From positions 137,020,001-137,084,000 of the forward strand of contig NC_042998.1 of the NCBI RefSeq assembly GCF_006345805.1: a stretch of 64,000 nt of DNA, in the 5' to 3' direction. Below, piece by piece: positions 25,595-39,070 of this stretch (its first letter is position 1; each line of letters begins with the position of its first letter). The DNA comes from Octopus sinensis (lineage: Eukaryota). The notes below the pieces were generated by a model. That model did not search any database, had not been told where the DNA came from, and worked only from the letters and a program-made list of their open reading frames with translations. Both the position numbers and the translations under genes were made by a program.

Positions 25595-25800
25595 TGCACG
25601 TGTACAATTGTAGAGTGGACCTGTGTACATTTGAATTAGCTTACTCAGCTAACGGAAATGTGAAAGAATTAATTAATCTTTGTAATAGTATAACGTGATA
25701 TTATTCTCAGAGAATTTGAAAAGAAATTAATTTGAATCGGTACTAAACTTATTGAAAGCAGTTCAGGTGGTACTTGACATTAGATAACACGATTATTCAG
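25595..25800 (+). pseudogene. Relic of a family-1 (tachykinin-like) gene: conserved upstream block, deletion of TATA/ATG/most of the signal, then a fragment homologous to GLIxTSSA
   Basis: CACGTGTACAATTGTAGAGTGG...TTTGAATTAGCTTACTCAG...CGGAAATGTGAA...CTCAGAGAATTTGA aligns with 42460-42565; CTTATTGAAAGCAGTTCAGG aligns with CTTATTGGAACTAGTTCAGC. Confidence 0.7.
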
Positions 25801-26441
25801 AGAGCAAATGATGTATGGAACTTAGCAGCAATCTTTTCAAATGATACCTCTTTCAACAGCTATTACAATCAAACTGACTTCTAAATACAGATATCTCATA
25901 GAATAGCTCCTACGAACACTTATAACAAGAAAACCGATGGATAGGCTAACTGTGGAAAACCATAGTTCTGAGCAGATTAGGCCACTGCCCACAGCTCTGG
26001 ACTCCAAGCTTAACCAATCTCATAGAAAAAATTAAAGAGTTGCAAAGAACGTTCATTAGTAAAATAACTTCGATTAAAAGCCTTATTTACTTGGAACATT
26101 TGAAAGCTCTGCAGTTCTAATTTCTTGACGGCCGAAGAGACAAATATACCGTCATACATGTATAAAAACTCCTTCAGGGTCACGCTCCATACTTCGGCTT
26201 TAGAGATAATTTTAATGCGCGAACTGGTAGATGGAGTCAGCTTCCAATCCTAACCCTAACCCTAACTCTAACCCTCCGGAATCACGAACGAAAATAACCT
26301 AGTGTGCCAGTCTGATATGTAGATATCCTGAGTTCATCCCCTTTTTATCAATAGCCATTTATCTTACACCTCATTAACACCCTCCCCCTCTGCCCCAGAC
26401 ACATACATAAACTCATCTTTAACATAGAAAACCAGGTGCTT

Positions 26442-27124
26442 TTGAGCTGAATAACATTACTGCTCTTCTTTGTCAACAACAACTTCCGGCGATGTATATT
26501 TCGTTTGTCACTGTTATTTATGACATCGTTCGTGCGTTTGTACTGGTGTTAGCTTTGGGATTTTAGGGTTAAGGTTAGGGTTTTAAGGTTAGGGTTAAGG
26601 TTTTAGAGGTATAGGGTTAATGTTACGGTTTTAGGGATAGGGTTAAGGTTTGGGTTTTAGGGTTAGGGTTTTAGAGATAGGGTTAAGGTTAGGGTTTTAG
26701 GGTTAGGGTTCGGATTTTAGGGTTAGAGTTAGGGTTTTAGGGATAGGGTTACGGAAAAAGTGAAGGATGAAAAAACTGGAAGGGGTAAGGAGGGGCCAAA
26801 AATTTCAAAATTCTGATTTTTTGTTATTTTCCGGAATCTCTGTATCCGAAAAGCTGGGTTTTTGACCATAAAAAATTTTTAAAACAATAATTTGCGAGAA
26901 AATGGGGGAACGGGAGGAAGTCTTTCCGAAAATAGTAACTGAAAAACAAGAAAAAAACATAAAAATAGTAGAAATGCACGAAAGATTATGGTGGTGCCGT
27001 GAAGTAAACGTGCTTCAGATACATTCGTTTATTCATACGAGATGAAATATGTCATAAATAACAGTGACAAACACCGGAAGTAGTTGTTGTTGACAAACAA
27101 CAGCAGTAACTTTGTTCAGCTCAA
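26442..27124. mobile_element. MITE/foldback-like element with ~80-bp inverted arms enclosing a degenerate (TTAGGG)n array (26561-26752)
   Basis: Arms 26442-26526 and 27049-27124 are reverse complements; telomere-like repeats inside; short (CCCTAA)n at 26249-26275. Confidence 0.75.
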
Positions 27125-27691
27125 TAGACGTCATTGGTTGAAATTACCCAAATACGACACTTTAGCACGAAATAACTTCGAAAATACAAACTTTTCTCAA
27201 TAACGATAAGAGTAAAAGATGATCTATATGACACATTCTATCAGTATCCGAAGTTTGAAAGTGTTTAGTTTAAAAAAATTAATTTATCAACCTGCCGATC
27301 AAAAGGAAAAGATCCCACACCTCAAACACCCCACCACCCAACTCCACTCTCAATCAATTAACTTTTTTACCATTCACTATTTTCTTTCAGCGCTTGTTCA
27401 TCAACAATCCATCACTCTGACACTTATTAACGAACTCCATCTCCACCCTAGACATACCCAAATCTCTTATATGTAGAATCACAACAAAACCTCAGATCAA
27501 TTTGATAACCGCCACCAATGAATGCGAGAAAATTCTCCAGAAAAGTGAATAAGGAATTTCTAAAAGTCTCCCCACCGAAGTTGACAAAGAACTTACCAGA
27601 TCTACAAGCCAAACTGCAAAATTATATTATATCATAAGAAAATTAAATTGATTAGAACTACCAGTAAAGTCATTCTTTTCCTTTTTCAAAT

Positions 27692-27922
27692 ATGAAAGAC
27701 GGAAGATGGACGGTACGAGAAGTTTTATTAATCACTACACTTGTTTCGCTCCATTTAGTATCGATCCTTTTACTGGTGAGATACTCAATAATTAGTTCAG
27801 GAGTATCTGACAATGCAGATGTAGTTAATAAACGTTCTCTTATCTTCTATCTTCCATCTCTCATTAAACAAATGTACAACGAACTCTGGGAAAGTAATTG
27901 TGCTTTACTAGTTAGCTACTAG
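27692..27922 (+). CDS. Candidate divergent secreted peptide precursor (76 aa) MKDGRWTVREVLLITTLVSLHLVSILLLVRYSIISSGVSDNADVVNKRSLIFYLPSLIKQMYNELWESNCALLVSY
   Basis: Hydrophobic N-terminal stretch, short acidic spacer, KR|S site. AAGTCATT initiator-like motif 20 nt upstream of the ATG, as in family 2. No clear TATA and no shared downstream flank. Confidence 0.35.
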   Translation: MKDGRWTVREVLLITTLVSLHLVSILLLVRYSIISSGVSDNADVVNKRSLIFYLPSLIKQMYNELWESNCALLVSY

Positions 27923-28609
27923 CTATTAACCATTCATTTTACTATCTTTGAGCCCTCAGTGTTTTCCTAGATCTCATTATAGCGTCCTAAGTTTCATAGG
28001 GTACGCCCCTTTAATTGAAAGTAATGACAAGAGTAAATGTCACCATTACCCTACCTCTCTATGGGCATTTACTACTATCTAATTGACTCCCAAAGTTGGT
28101 TACTTCTGTGGTGAGGGGTACTTATGACAGTAAGAAATTAAGGAATAGTAAGAAATTAAGGAATAGGGGAGACATCTAGTAATATTTATTTATAACCAAC
28201 AGCCAGCTCTGAGCTGTTAACTTACAATGCTCTTAATTCTCACTAAACGCAGACTTCTAGCCATAGTTCTTTTGCTAATGATAAGAAGGTGGATAAAAAA
28301 TCAGAAATTAATTAAAATTCTATGACACCCCCACCCCTGTTTTACATGCCACTTCAAAAGTGTAGTTGTTCTTCTCTTAGCTTATTCTTGCTGCAATAGT
28401 GGCATCATGAAATTCTTTTATCCTCTAGCTCTGGTAAAATATTTGAGAAAAATTATATTAATAAATCTTGCCTGTTTAAAATCCATATTTCTTGCAACTG
28501 GAGATGGCACTGAATTTAAATTGATGTAATACTTGCATTGTTCAATTAAATGGAGTCGCTTGAAACGGTCGTATTGCAATAATGTTTAACGTCCTCTTAT
28601 TTTAATTAT

Positions 28610-28675
<66 letters not shown>

Positions 28676-28702
28676 CTGTATGTATGCATGTAGGCATGTA
28701 TG

Positions 28703-28759
<57 letters not shown>

Positions 28760-29076
28760 ATATATACATTCATGAATACATACATAAATGCATATACGAG
28801 GCGTACTCAAAAGTACTCTTTGGTACAAGTTCTTTGTACTTCAGGCTTCCGCCTTCAGAAGCCGCTAGATGTGACCTTCAGGCTTCAGTCTGCGGACCGA
28901 CGTCGTCCAGTAAGTCGTGAAAAGGCATCACTTCGCCTGAGTTTTAGTACTGCTTCGAATATAGGAAAATGCGTCTGGACCGATGCATTGCTTTAAATGG
29001 AGAAAAGTGTAAACATGCAAAACTAAGGGAATAAAATAATATTGCAAAATTCTAGTTTCTTTTGGATACCACCTCC

Positions 29077-29108
<32 letters not shown>

Positions 29109-29431
29109 TGTATGTATGTATGTATGTATGTATGTATGTATGTATGTATGTATGTATGTATGTATATACGTGTGTACACATTTTCTACCCTTTCATTGCA
29201 ATTTCGTATCACACTTGAAAATACAAAAATTAAAATAAGCATCAGTGTAAGTTTATGTGCAAAAAGTATTTTTAATTTGTTTGATCACTGCAATATATTG
29301 TGCCAACTGCAGAGCCTAATACTGCAGGACAATGATCAATGGTATTCCAGTGTTGACTAACCTCTTTTCGGAAACGATCGTATAGCGGTTTCTTTCTTTC
29401 TCGCGTTTTTGTTTTTCTTTTAGTTCATAGT

Positions 29432-29477
<46 letters not shown>

Positions 29478-30176
29478 ACATAGATAAATATATATGACAG
29501 TTGAACTGACGGCAGTACCGTATGACATTTACTGCTTTTTCCGACGTGAATGTGTTCTGTTGTCAGAATATTCATAAGAAAATCTCATATTGATTGTGTA
29601 CAGGTTACAATGAGTAAAAACTTTCGCTTTATTGGGAATATCTGCCAATGTAAAATATCATTCGTCGTCACACAGAGGGAATCAATACGTCTATTCTACG
29701 CGGAATGAGGCGATTCAGTACAGCTGATTGGACTAGACATTCGATCTGTTTTGACAACAGCACGTCTTGGTGGTGGAGACAATTACAAACATCTGCACAG
29801 GCACATGTATGCACCCACAGATATATATATATACATACAAAGCAGAAGTGAGAGAGAGAGGGAGAGAGAGACAGAGATAGACAGACATAGACGGAGAGAG
29901 AGAAAGAGAGAAAGAGGGAGAGAGAGGAAGATAACGATAGTAACATTACTATGTCTAGTGTCACATGAATCAGCATCGAGACAGCTACACCAAAAAAGGC
30001 AGCACAAAAAAAGAAGTACCAAAAAGGAAGTGCCAAAACGACTGCGCCAAAAATGTCTCATATTCCATTCTACATCAGTGTCGTGTGACAGTAAGCTATC
30101 ACATTGCAAATAACTTTTTAACCTTCAAAGTAATTTTTGAAACCCCTAAAAACATTAAGACCTATAAACATTAAGA

Positions 30177-30525
30177 CCTTATAAATAAGGGCAAACGAAA
30201 AAATTTCTAATGCCAAATATGCCGAAATAGGACATATTGTCCATAACCATATAATTTTTCACAATACATAAATATTATACTTATTTCACAATAAATATTA
30301 TTTTTCACAATATTTTCTTTGCCACATTTATCACTGACGAAGGGAGGGTTCTTATGAACTAACCCTGAAATCGTTCCGATATGGTAATAATGGAATTTTT
30401 TAGAAATTTCTGTCGACCTTTTTTCGAGTAGCGTGCGTATTGTAAAAAATTATATGATTATGGACAATATGTCCAATTTCGGCATATTTGGCATTAGAAA
30501 TTTTTTCGTTTGCCCTTATTTATAA
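30177..30525. mobile_element. MITE with ~90-bp inverted termini; partial second copy at ~30788-30980
   Basis: CTTATAAATAAGGGCAAACGAAAAAATTTCTAATGCC ... GGCATTAGAAATTTTTTCGTTTGCCCTTATTTATAAG. Confidence 0.8.
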
Positions 30526-30980
30526 GTTGTTTATAATTTTAACTTTTAAAGGTATTTTTATGCTGGCCATTCATAATTTTTTTTTTCGAAAACATTTTAT
30601 CCTACATTAAATATAAATTTAATAGTGTTCACTTCCGGACACTTTCACTCTGTGAGAGCCTCAGTTCAAATCGCACGTGTCTTGAATGGGCTGGAGTATT
30701 TCTATTTTGGATGTACTTGGGGTACTTAATTGTGCTCATGACTTAGTGTTTTGCTTCTTCCATGAGTATGAGTAAGTATCTCATTCATTTCTTTGCCACA
30801 TTTATCACTGACGAAGGGAGGGTTCTTATGAGCTAACCCTGAAATCGGTCCGATATGGGAATAATGGAATTTTTTTAGAAATTTCTGTCAACCTTTTTTC
30901 GAGTAGCGTGCGTATTGTGAAAAATTATATGGTTATGGACAATATGTCCAATTTCGGCATATTTGGCATTAGAAATAAGT

Positions 30981-31044
<64 letters not shown>

Positions 31045-31049
31045 CATTC

Positions 31050-31086
<37 letters not shown>

Positions 31087-31452
31087 TGTATATATATATC
31101 TCTATGTATGTATGTATGTATGTATGTATGTATGTATGTATGTATGTATGTATGTATGTATGTATATACTTTTTTACTCTTTTACTTGTTTCGACTGCGG
31201 CCATGCTGGAGCACCGCCTTTAATCGAGCAACTCGACCCCGGGACTTATTCTTTGTAAGCCCAGTACTTATTCTATCGGTCTCTTTTGCCGAACCACTAA
31301 GTATATATGTATATATTTATATATATGCAGCTATCTTATTTGGCTGAGTCTTCGTATGATTTTTTTCGTTGGATCATTTGGTGTTTGACAGTGCTGCCCC
31401 CATTTGTACTTCATGCCGAGGCTTTGGTTTTCTTCAGCCCAGTTGTATATTA

Positions 31453-31676
31453 TTGGGTTGGTGCACAATTATTGCGGGTTTTTCTCAACAGATGATTTTT
31501 AACAAGAACAATAACAATATTTTACAAAAACATCTTTAAATGACGGTCTGAAGCAGTAATTGAAGTAGATCGTGAATATGCTCCGGAATAATAAGATGTT
31601 TTTGTTATATGTTGTTATTGTTTTTGTCGGGTAAAATTTGTTTTAAAAAAGCCGCAACAATTATGCACCGACCCAA
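31453..31676. mobile_element. 224-bp mariner-derived MITE
   Basis: TA|TTGGGTTGGTGCACAATTATTGCGG ... CCGCAACAATTATGCACCGACCCAA|TA, resembling Hsmar/MADE-type TIRs. Confidence 0.85.
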
Positions 31677-31679
31677 TAC

Positions 31680-32200
31680 AGTTAGGTCCAGCTGTAAGCT
31701 TGCACGTTTTTATTACCTGTGATAATTTTGTATTGTCGGTGTAGTTAGTGACAGATGCTGTCTGAATGGCCATGGACATATTTAAAAGGCCTGCTATAAA
31801 CAGCAGTAGTCTACAAACAGAACCGTGAGAAATTGCCACTGAGAATGTGTTTCTTTCGAGAGAGCAACATTATCTACAACTGCCTGACTTCTGTCTTTCA
31901 GGAAGTGATTTAGCCACACTCCCAGTTTACCGTTTATGCCAGTGTCTCGTGTCATGATCCACCTTGTCAAAGGCCCTTGCGAAGTCAAGATATTTTACAT
32001 CGACATTTTAATGATCGAATAACTTGCATCAAACCCCATCATAGTGCCGTAAGAGCCGTCTGAGGAACATTGTTCCTGAATGGAAGTTCAGTAAGTCAAA
32101 GGTATTTCTTATTCTTCTAGGAATGTTGTCAATTTCTATCTGACAGTTCGTCCAAAGACTTTGTTGATGGGCTGTAGTTTTTAACCTCTGCTCTGCTCCC
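31680..32200 (-). mobile_element. LINE reverse-transcriptase remnant (CR1-like)
   Basis: GINGKLGVWLNHFLKDRSQAVV and a YTDNTK (YADDTK-like) fragment. Confidence 0.7.
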
Positions 32201-32223
32201 GTTTGTATGGTTAGGGCATATTA

Positions 32224-32256
<33 letters not shown>

Positions 32257-32329
32257 GTGTTGTGTGTGTGAGAGTGTGTGTGTATGAGTGTGTGTGTGTG
32301 CGCGCGTGTGTGTGTATGCATGTGTGTGT

Positions 32330-32430
32330 GGAGGCATATGTCTTAGTGGTTAGAGCAGCAGACTCACCGTCGAGAGATCGCGGGTTCGAATATCAGACCA
32401 GGCCATGTGTGTGCTTATGAGCGAAATACC
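32330..32430 (+). mobile_element. tRNA-derived SINE head
   Basis: TGTCTTAGTGGTTAGAGCAGCAGACTC...GGTTCGAAT with A/B boxes; related to 58780-58990. Confidence 0.65.
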
Positions 32431-34344
32431 TCTCAGGGAATGAAGCTTTAAGCAAAAAATACAATGGAGACTTACATTATGTTGCGAATTGGTCTAGTCT
32501 CTTTCCGAAACTACTGAAAGAAATATGGCATTCTACAAAATATTCTTTCCTAAGATACAATCAAGATATGTGGGACTTAATCTGGGTGGAAGCTTCGTAA
32601 GCTCACGATGTATGGCATGTACCAATGAGGTGCTAAGGCAATTGCTGGGTATTCAGAAGTATCATGATTTCCTTCAAAAATAAAGTATTCTAACCAAGTT
32701 CATAACTTATATTTTACGCTTATTAAAAATCTTTGCCAGGAGCAGAATATGGATAGAGGGAACATCAAGAACGAATATAAGTTTTTACCGTACAAAAATG
32801 TATCTGTATGGGGACACATTTTATATGGAATACTATAAGCAAACACTTTTAACTTCTGTTCGATTAAAATGATGTTTTTTAAATTTTTTCGGCAAATCAT
32901 AGAGAGAGGACCTTTGTAGAAGACTAACAAGTGAAAGGAGTCGCTGAACTACAAATGTTTGTGAAACACTTATGGAGACTGTGTGTATGACCAGCAACTT
33001 CACCGTCACTACTGTTTTATGACTGTAGTTGTTGCTTCATAAAATATAGTAAGATCAAATGTAAAAGGCATTCTTAGATCTGGAGCAATGTAGAAGATAG
33101 AGATGTAGTCATGCTATAATATAGATGTTAGAATTTGAGTTGTGAAGATGAGAAAAGATTCCTGTAATATTGTATTTCTTTGATATGTGTAGTGACTCTG
33201 TCTTCGTTCTGTGTATATCTGAAGTGGTCTTGGAATTACTTTTGTTTATATTTCAATAATCTTTATGATAAGGATGATTATAATTTTCGGAAATAAACCT
33301 CACTGCTCAAGAAACTTTCAACGTAGTCTCTCCTCTCTGAATTATATTGTTACTATATAAAATCACACCGACTTAAAGAATATATCGATCTTAAAGAATA
33401 TATCGATCTATTAATGGTTGTCCTCATTATTCGTGATACGCAGTTATATTCCAATTTTAAGATCCGTTCATCAAATTATGCGCTGACAAGTCATTTTTAT
33501 TCTTTTTACTAAACTGGATGCTTTATTTTCGACTTCTGTTCCTTAAAGTATATGAAACAGTTGGACTAGAGTTCACGAGCGCTCGATTACGCCAGGGGTG
33601 ATGAAAATCAGACACAGAATAAATAAGGCAGTACATATCCCCCAAGAGTGTTGTTTTCTTAATGTTCTTGCATACCCAATCTATTCATTCGGTACTATAG
33701 AAACATCATTTCCGATGAAGGGTACTGTCCAAATAAAGTTAGGTATTTCATTTTCCTCGCGGCAAAATCAATGGATTACATTTTTAACAGCTATCTTCAT
33801 AATAATCTTTTGCACAATGAAAGCAATGTCGCATTTAATTACCTAAGTTAGCTTCTTGGTTTTATAAATACTTTTAATAATTTTGCTTTTTTATAATGTA
33901 TAAAATGTCCTAATTTACATTAAAATTTACTCAGTCGACCTATCTCCAATCATTTAAATGAACTTAGTCCATATACACACAAGCATTTAAATATATCTCA
34001 CTTTCTGTTTGTTTCTCACGTCCTAAAACCTCTCAGAGGATTCTTAGTTTTAATATTTTTTTAAAACACAGAGTAAACTACATTCTCTAAGAAATTATTA
34101 AACTTAAATATTGTTTTGTGCTCACAGAATATACAATGAGATTCTATGACGTTTATACTTATATCCTGAACATAAGTAGTAATAAGGAAAAACGTTATTA
34201 TAATAATCTGAACAGAAGTTCGGTATTTGGCTTATCATTGTTGCAAATATATTGTAACCACAATGGATCCCTGCAATTATTACATTTCTCCATAAAAATA
34301 CAATGTTGGCAGAAACAATGTCGATCATATAAATAAATCAAACA

Positions 34345-34417
34345 AATTTGATATGCTTTCATATTTTATTTTAATAAATGTTGGATTCAGGTTTCAGTTC
34401 ATTGGGATTAAAATCGC
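34345..34417 (-). other. Predicted non-coding terminal exon of family 2 member B (intron 36112-34418; AATAAA 34370-34365)
   Basis: Donor CCAG|GTAACG at 36112; TTTTTTCTTTTTCAG acceptor; homologous to 2919-2990. Confidence 0.65.
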
Positions 34418-36158
34418 CTGAAAAAGAAAAAAAAACCAAAAGCAATAAGATTTCGTATGTTTTCCTCTCCCTCACAACCGCCCCAACTTTCTTTAGACCC
34501 TGTATGTGTATGTGTTTGTGTGTGTATGTGTGTAATTGTGTGTGCTTGTGTATGTGTATTTGTGTGTGTATGTCTGTATTTGTGTAAACGTGTTCACAAT
34601 AGTAGTGTATAGCACAGCCCGGCGCCAAACGCTTTATATAATAGTGGTTAATGTTTAAAATGATATGAGGGACAGAAAGGACGCCGAAACATTAGATCCC
34701 TATGTTGGTAACACCGATATATAATAGGGGCGACAAGCAAAAGTTCGAAACAAGCTAATTTCTTCCTCGTCAATAACGGGAAACCTGGTGACAGAATGAA
34801 AAACAAAACCAAAAGAAGCGCCGTGACGGGAAAGGGTGAGAGAGATTTAATCATATTTTAGTTTCGGTGGAGACATAGTTGTAAAGTCGAGCAAAATATT
34901 TAAAAAGCAATAGAATTTCTGGTGTCTTTGTATTTTAAATTCATAGTTTTTAATGCTGCCTTCGACAATATCTAAAGAAAAGCGCTATAGAAGATGATGT
35001 AAGTAATAACCGTGGATCCCAATCAAGTGCAAATAAAAGAAGCGATATTCGATAATAATGTTTGTACTCCGAGAGAACGAAAAGTCACATGAAAAAGGTT
35101 CTTATTAACTCATGCACTCTCCAAAAGTATTAGGTATCTGGATGACACGACCCATGAATCCACTGTTGTTGCTATGACAAATTCAGTATATCCACGAAGC
35201 CGTTAAACATGAGGCACAGATACAAACGCCTTGAAGTGCCAGATCCTGTCATGGAGCAATGACATTGTCCCACTGGCGGCTTCTAAAGTAGACCAGTTTA
35301 GGTTTCTCGACAGTATAATACCAAATGGATAAGCAGATCTAAAAGGACGGATTGTAACCATCGCCTTAAATGATTGGGAAGTTATGAAACGGGATCTAAA
35401 ACCTACAGGATACCCACCAGCGACACAGTGCTCGACTGTACAACGACCTTATTCCCCTAATTGCAAATTACGCCTCAGAATTGCGGATTCTAGATCTGAG
35501 GAAACACCTACATGAAACGCTTTTGAAATGTAGTTTTTTTTAGAGTAAATATATCATTACAAGACAGGCGAAGATATCTTTCTAGAAGAAACGCTCTTCA
35601 CATGACATACATCACTGCCGATGTAATGAGAAGGAATTGTTCAGCGTTCATCGGCAGCCTCATAAGGATTAACAAATATATCTTTGATTCTAATACAGCA
35701 TTTCTCAGGAAATCTAAGATAAATTTAAAATAGCAAAAATGCTGTTATACAATGTGCGTTTCGAAGAAAGTGTATGACGTTCAAATTCCTTGGAAGAATA
35801 TTTACTTACAGTAATATTGGTTCCTAATAGGTTTTCCAAAGTGATCTCTATAACTAAAGAACCAAATTTTAAAATGCATAGCTACTTCTTAACAAAACAC
35901 TTTTGGGTTATTATTTTCTGAATTTGTTGAATGGTATATTTAATTCAGAAATCGATGAAAACATTCTACAGTAGTCTGCCATTATGTAAAATACAAATAA
36001 CAAATTATTAGAAAGAGAATTCAAGAATCTCTGTGTACTTATTTATATCAGCTTTGAATCTAATCTTCAAATTAAAACATAAAGTCATAATACGTTTCAT
36101 TGGATACGTTACCTGGTAAAGATTTTCAGAACGCTCACGAACTCTTTTCCATCAAACG

Positions 36159-36482
36159 CTATTTTCCATATTTCTTTGGTTTTCGACAACCACGTCTACT
36201 CTTGCAAAGTATCATTATATATTCCATAATACATTTGTTTAGTAATTTAGCTGCGATATCCTGAATATTATCCACAACACCAGCATGCGGAGTATCGTTA
36301 TAACTCACAACACCGTCATGCGGAGTACCGATATTCTGAATATCATTCACAACACCAGCATGGGGAGTATCGTTATAACTCACAACATAGTCATTTCGTT
36401 TTTCTAGAGAGAAAGCATCACCAACACTTTCCAGAAATCTAACCAGCAGGACTGCATAAATCAAACAAACAATTCTGCTCAT
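36159..36482 (-). CDS. Secreted peptide precursor, family 2 member B (107 aa); 25-aa-period internal repeat and a 3-Cys basic C-terminus ending YGK
   Basis: Same signal peptide start (MSRIVCLIYAVLLV), SLEKR site, GK-stop, and the same 5'UTR and downstream flank as member A in inverted orientation. Confidence 0.82.
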   Translation of the reverse strand: MSRIVCLIYAVLLVRFLESVGDAFSLEKRNDYVVSYNDTPHAGVVNDIQNIGTPHDGVVSYNDTPHAGVVDNIQDIAAKLLNKCIMEYIMILCKSRRGCRKPKKYGK

Positions 36483-36790
36483 GTTAAAAATTTCGATGGA
36501 GAAATGACTTGTTGTTATCTGTTTCATCTCACTTATATATATTTGGAAAGGCTTGTCAGGCATCTCGGCTAGCGGGACTCGTTACCCTGGACTGATGACG
36601 GGCAAGACCCAGAAACATGCATGTCTTCAGGTTGCTAGTCCTAGCTGGTGGGGGTGCTTGCTTCCCCTTTGCAAATATAAGGACACAGGAAATGTGTCAA
36701 AGCCGACAGGAAGCATCGATGCTTCTTAGGGCTATATAGCTGTGGTGTAATTCCCTTTACGGAACTGTCATGTTATGTTGACATTATACA

Positions 36791-37748
<958 letters not shown>

Positions 37749-37766
37749 AATATCTATGTATATATG

Positions 37767-37850
<84 letters not shown>

Positions 37851-38106
37851 TATATAGATATATAGATATAGATATAGATATAGATATAGATATAGATATA
37901 GATATGTGTGTGTGTGTTTGTGTGTGTAAATTATGTTTAATTTTTATATTATGTGTATGTTTGTAAGTGTGTATGTTTAAGTGTCTGTGTGCCGTATATG
38001 TGTGTATGGGTGCTTGTAAAATGAAGTGTGTCGAAGACACGGTTATTTATATCAGCGATGGGAATAACAATACCTGAAGTATTTTAATAACTATTCCTTT
38101 TCCTGC

Positions 38107-38126
38107 TTATAGTGGAGTACGGGACC
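38107..38126 (-). CDS. Exon 2 of the 39-kb tachykinin paralogue (GSRTPL-stop); full exon 38126-38074
   Basis: TTTACTCTTTTACAG|GGTCCCGTACTCCACTATAA...AAAATACTTCAG|GTATTG; 53-nt exon homologous to the 52-nt OctTK exon 2. Confidence 0.82.
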
Positions 38127-38259
38127 CTGTAAAAGAGTAAATGATTATAAATAAAGCATATCATATTATACATTAACTCTTAAGAGGTGTAGTAACAATG
38201 TAGAAAATTACGTGAATATAATTATGAAACAATAATCTTAATGTCCTTACTAAAATATA

Positions 38260-38294
<35 letters not shown>

Positions 38295-39070
38295 TCTCTC
38301 TCTCCCTCCCATAATAATTTTCGAGGATTTGGTTCGTGATTGAAACGCATTTAGACTTTATTTCCTTAAAAAATTCTTCTGTTAGATCACATACTTTGAT
38401 AAAAGAGAATAAAAATCTCTGATAACTTGTTTATTGCATCAGCCATGTTGCTACATTGTAACATTGTATATGAAATTTCAACTGAGGCAACAAGTATCAT
38501 GCAGAAATATTCTGTGTTTTTTATATATATATATATATATAAAAAGGAAATATAATAGATTTGATTTTATTCCTGCATTATTCACAAAAATTTCAATCTT
38601 GTAATTGTGATGCCAATGTTCTTTAAGTAATTTAAAGACTATGAGCAGGCAGAATCGTTAGCATGTCAGCAAATGTGCAATGTGACTTTTCGTCCGTCAT
38701 TACATTCTAAGTGCAAATTCCGCCGGAGTCTACTTTGCCTTTCATCATTTCTGGAAAATAAATAAGTAGCAGTTGAGCACTAGAATCCATATAACTGACT
38801 TGCTAGCTCTGTACAAAAATGTGACGTCAGCATTCCAGAAATAATCGTCTTAACATTGAATTACTCTATGGTGCAATTAGAATATATGATGTGGATTTTA
38901 TGTAACTATTTCATTATTATTTAGTTTGTAACATGAGACGATATAATATCTTATGACTTCAGCACAATTATGAACTCAAAAATAACAAACATATCATTTA
39001 AAACATCGAGAAGTTATACGTATATAATATAATTAATTGTATACACTAAAATTAAGAAACTTCATACTAC

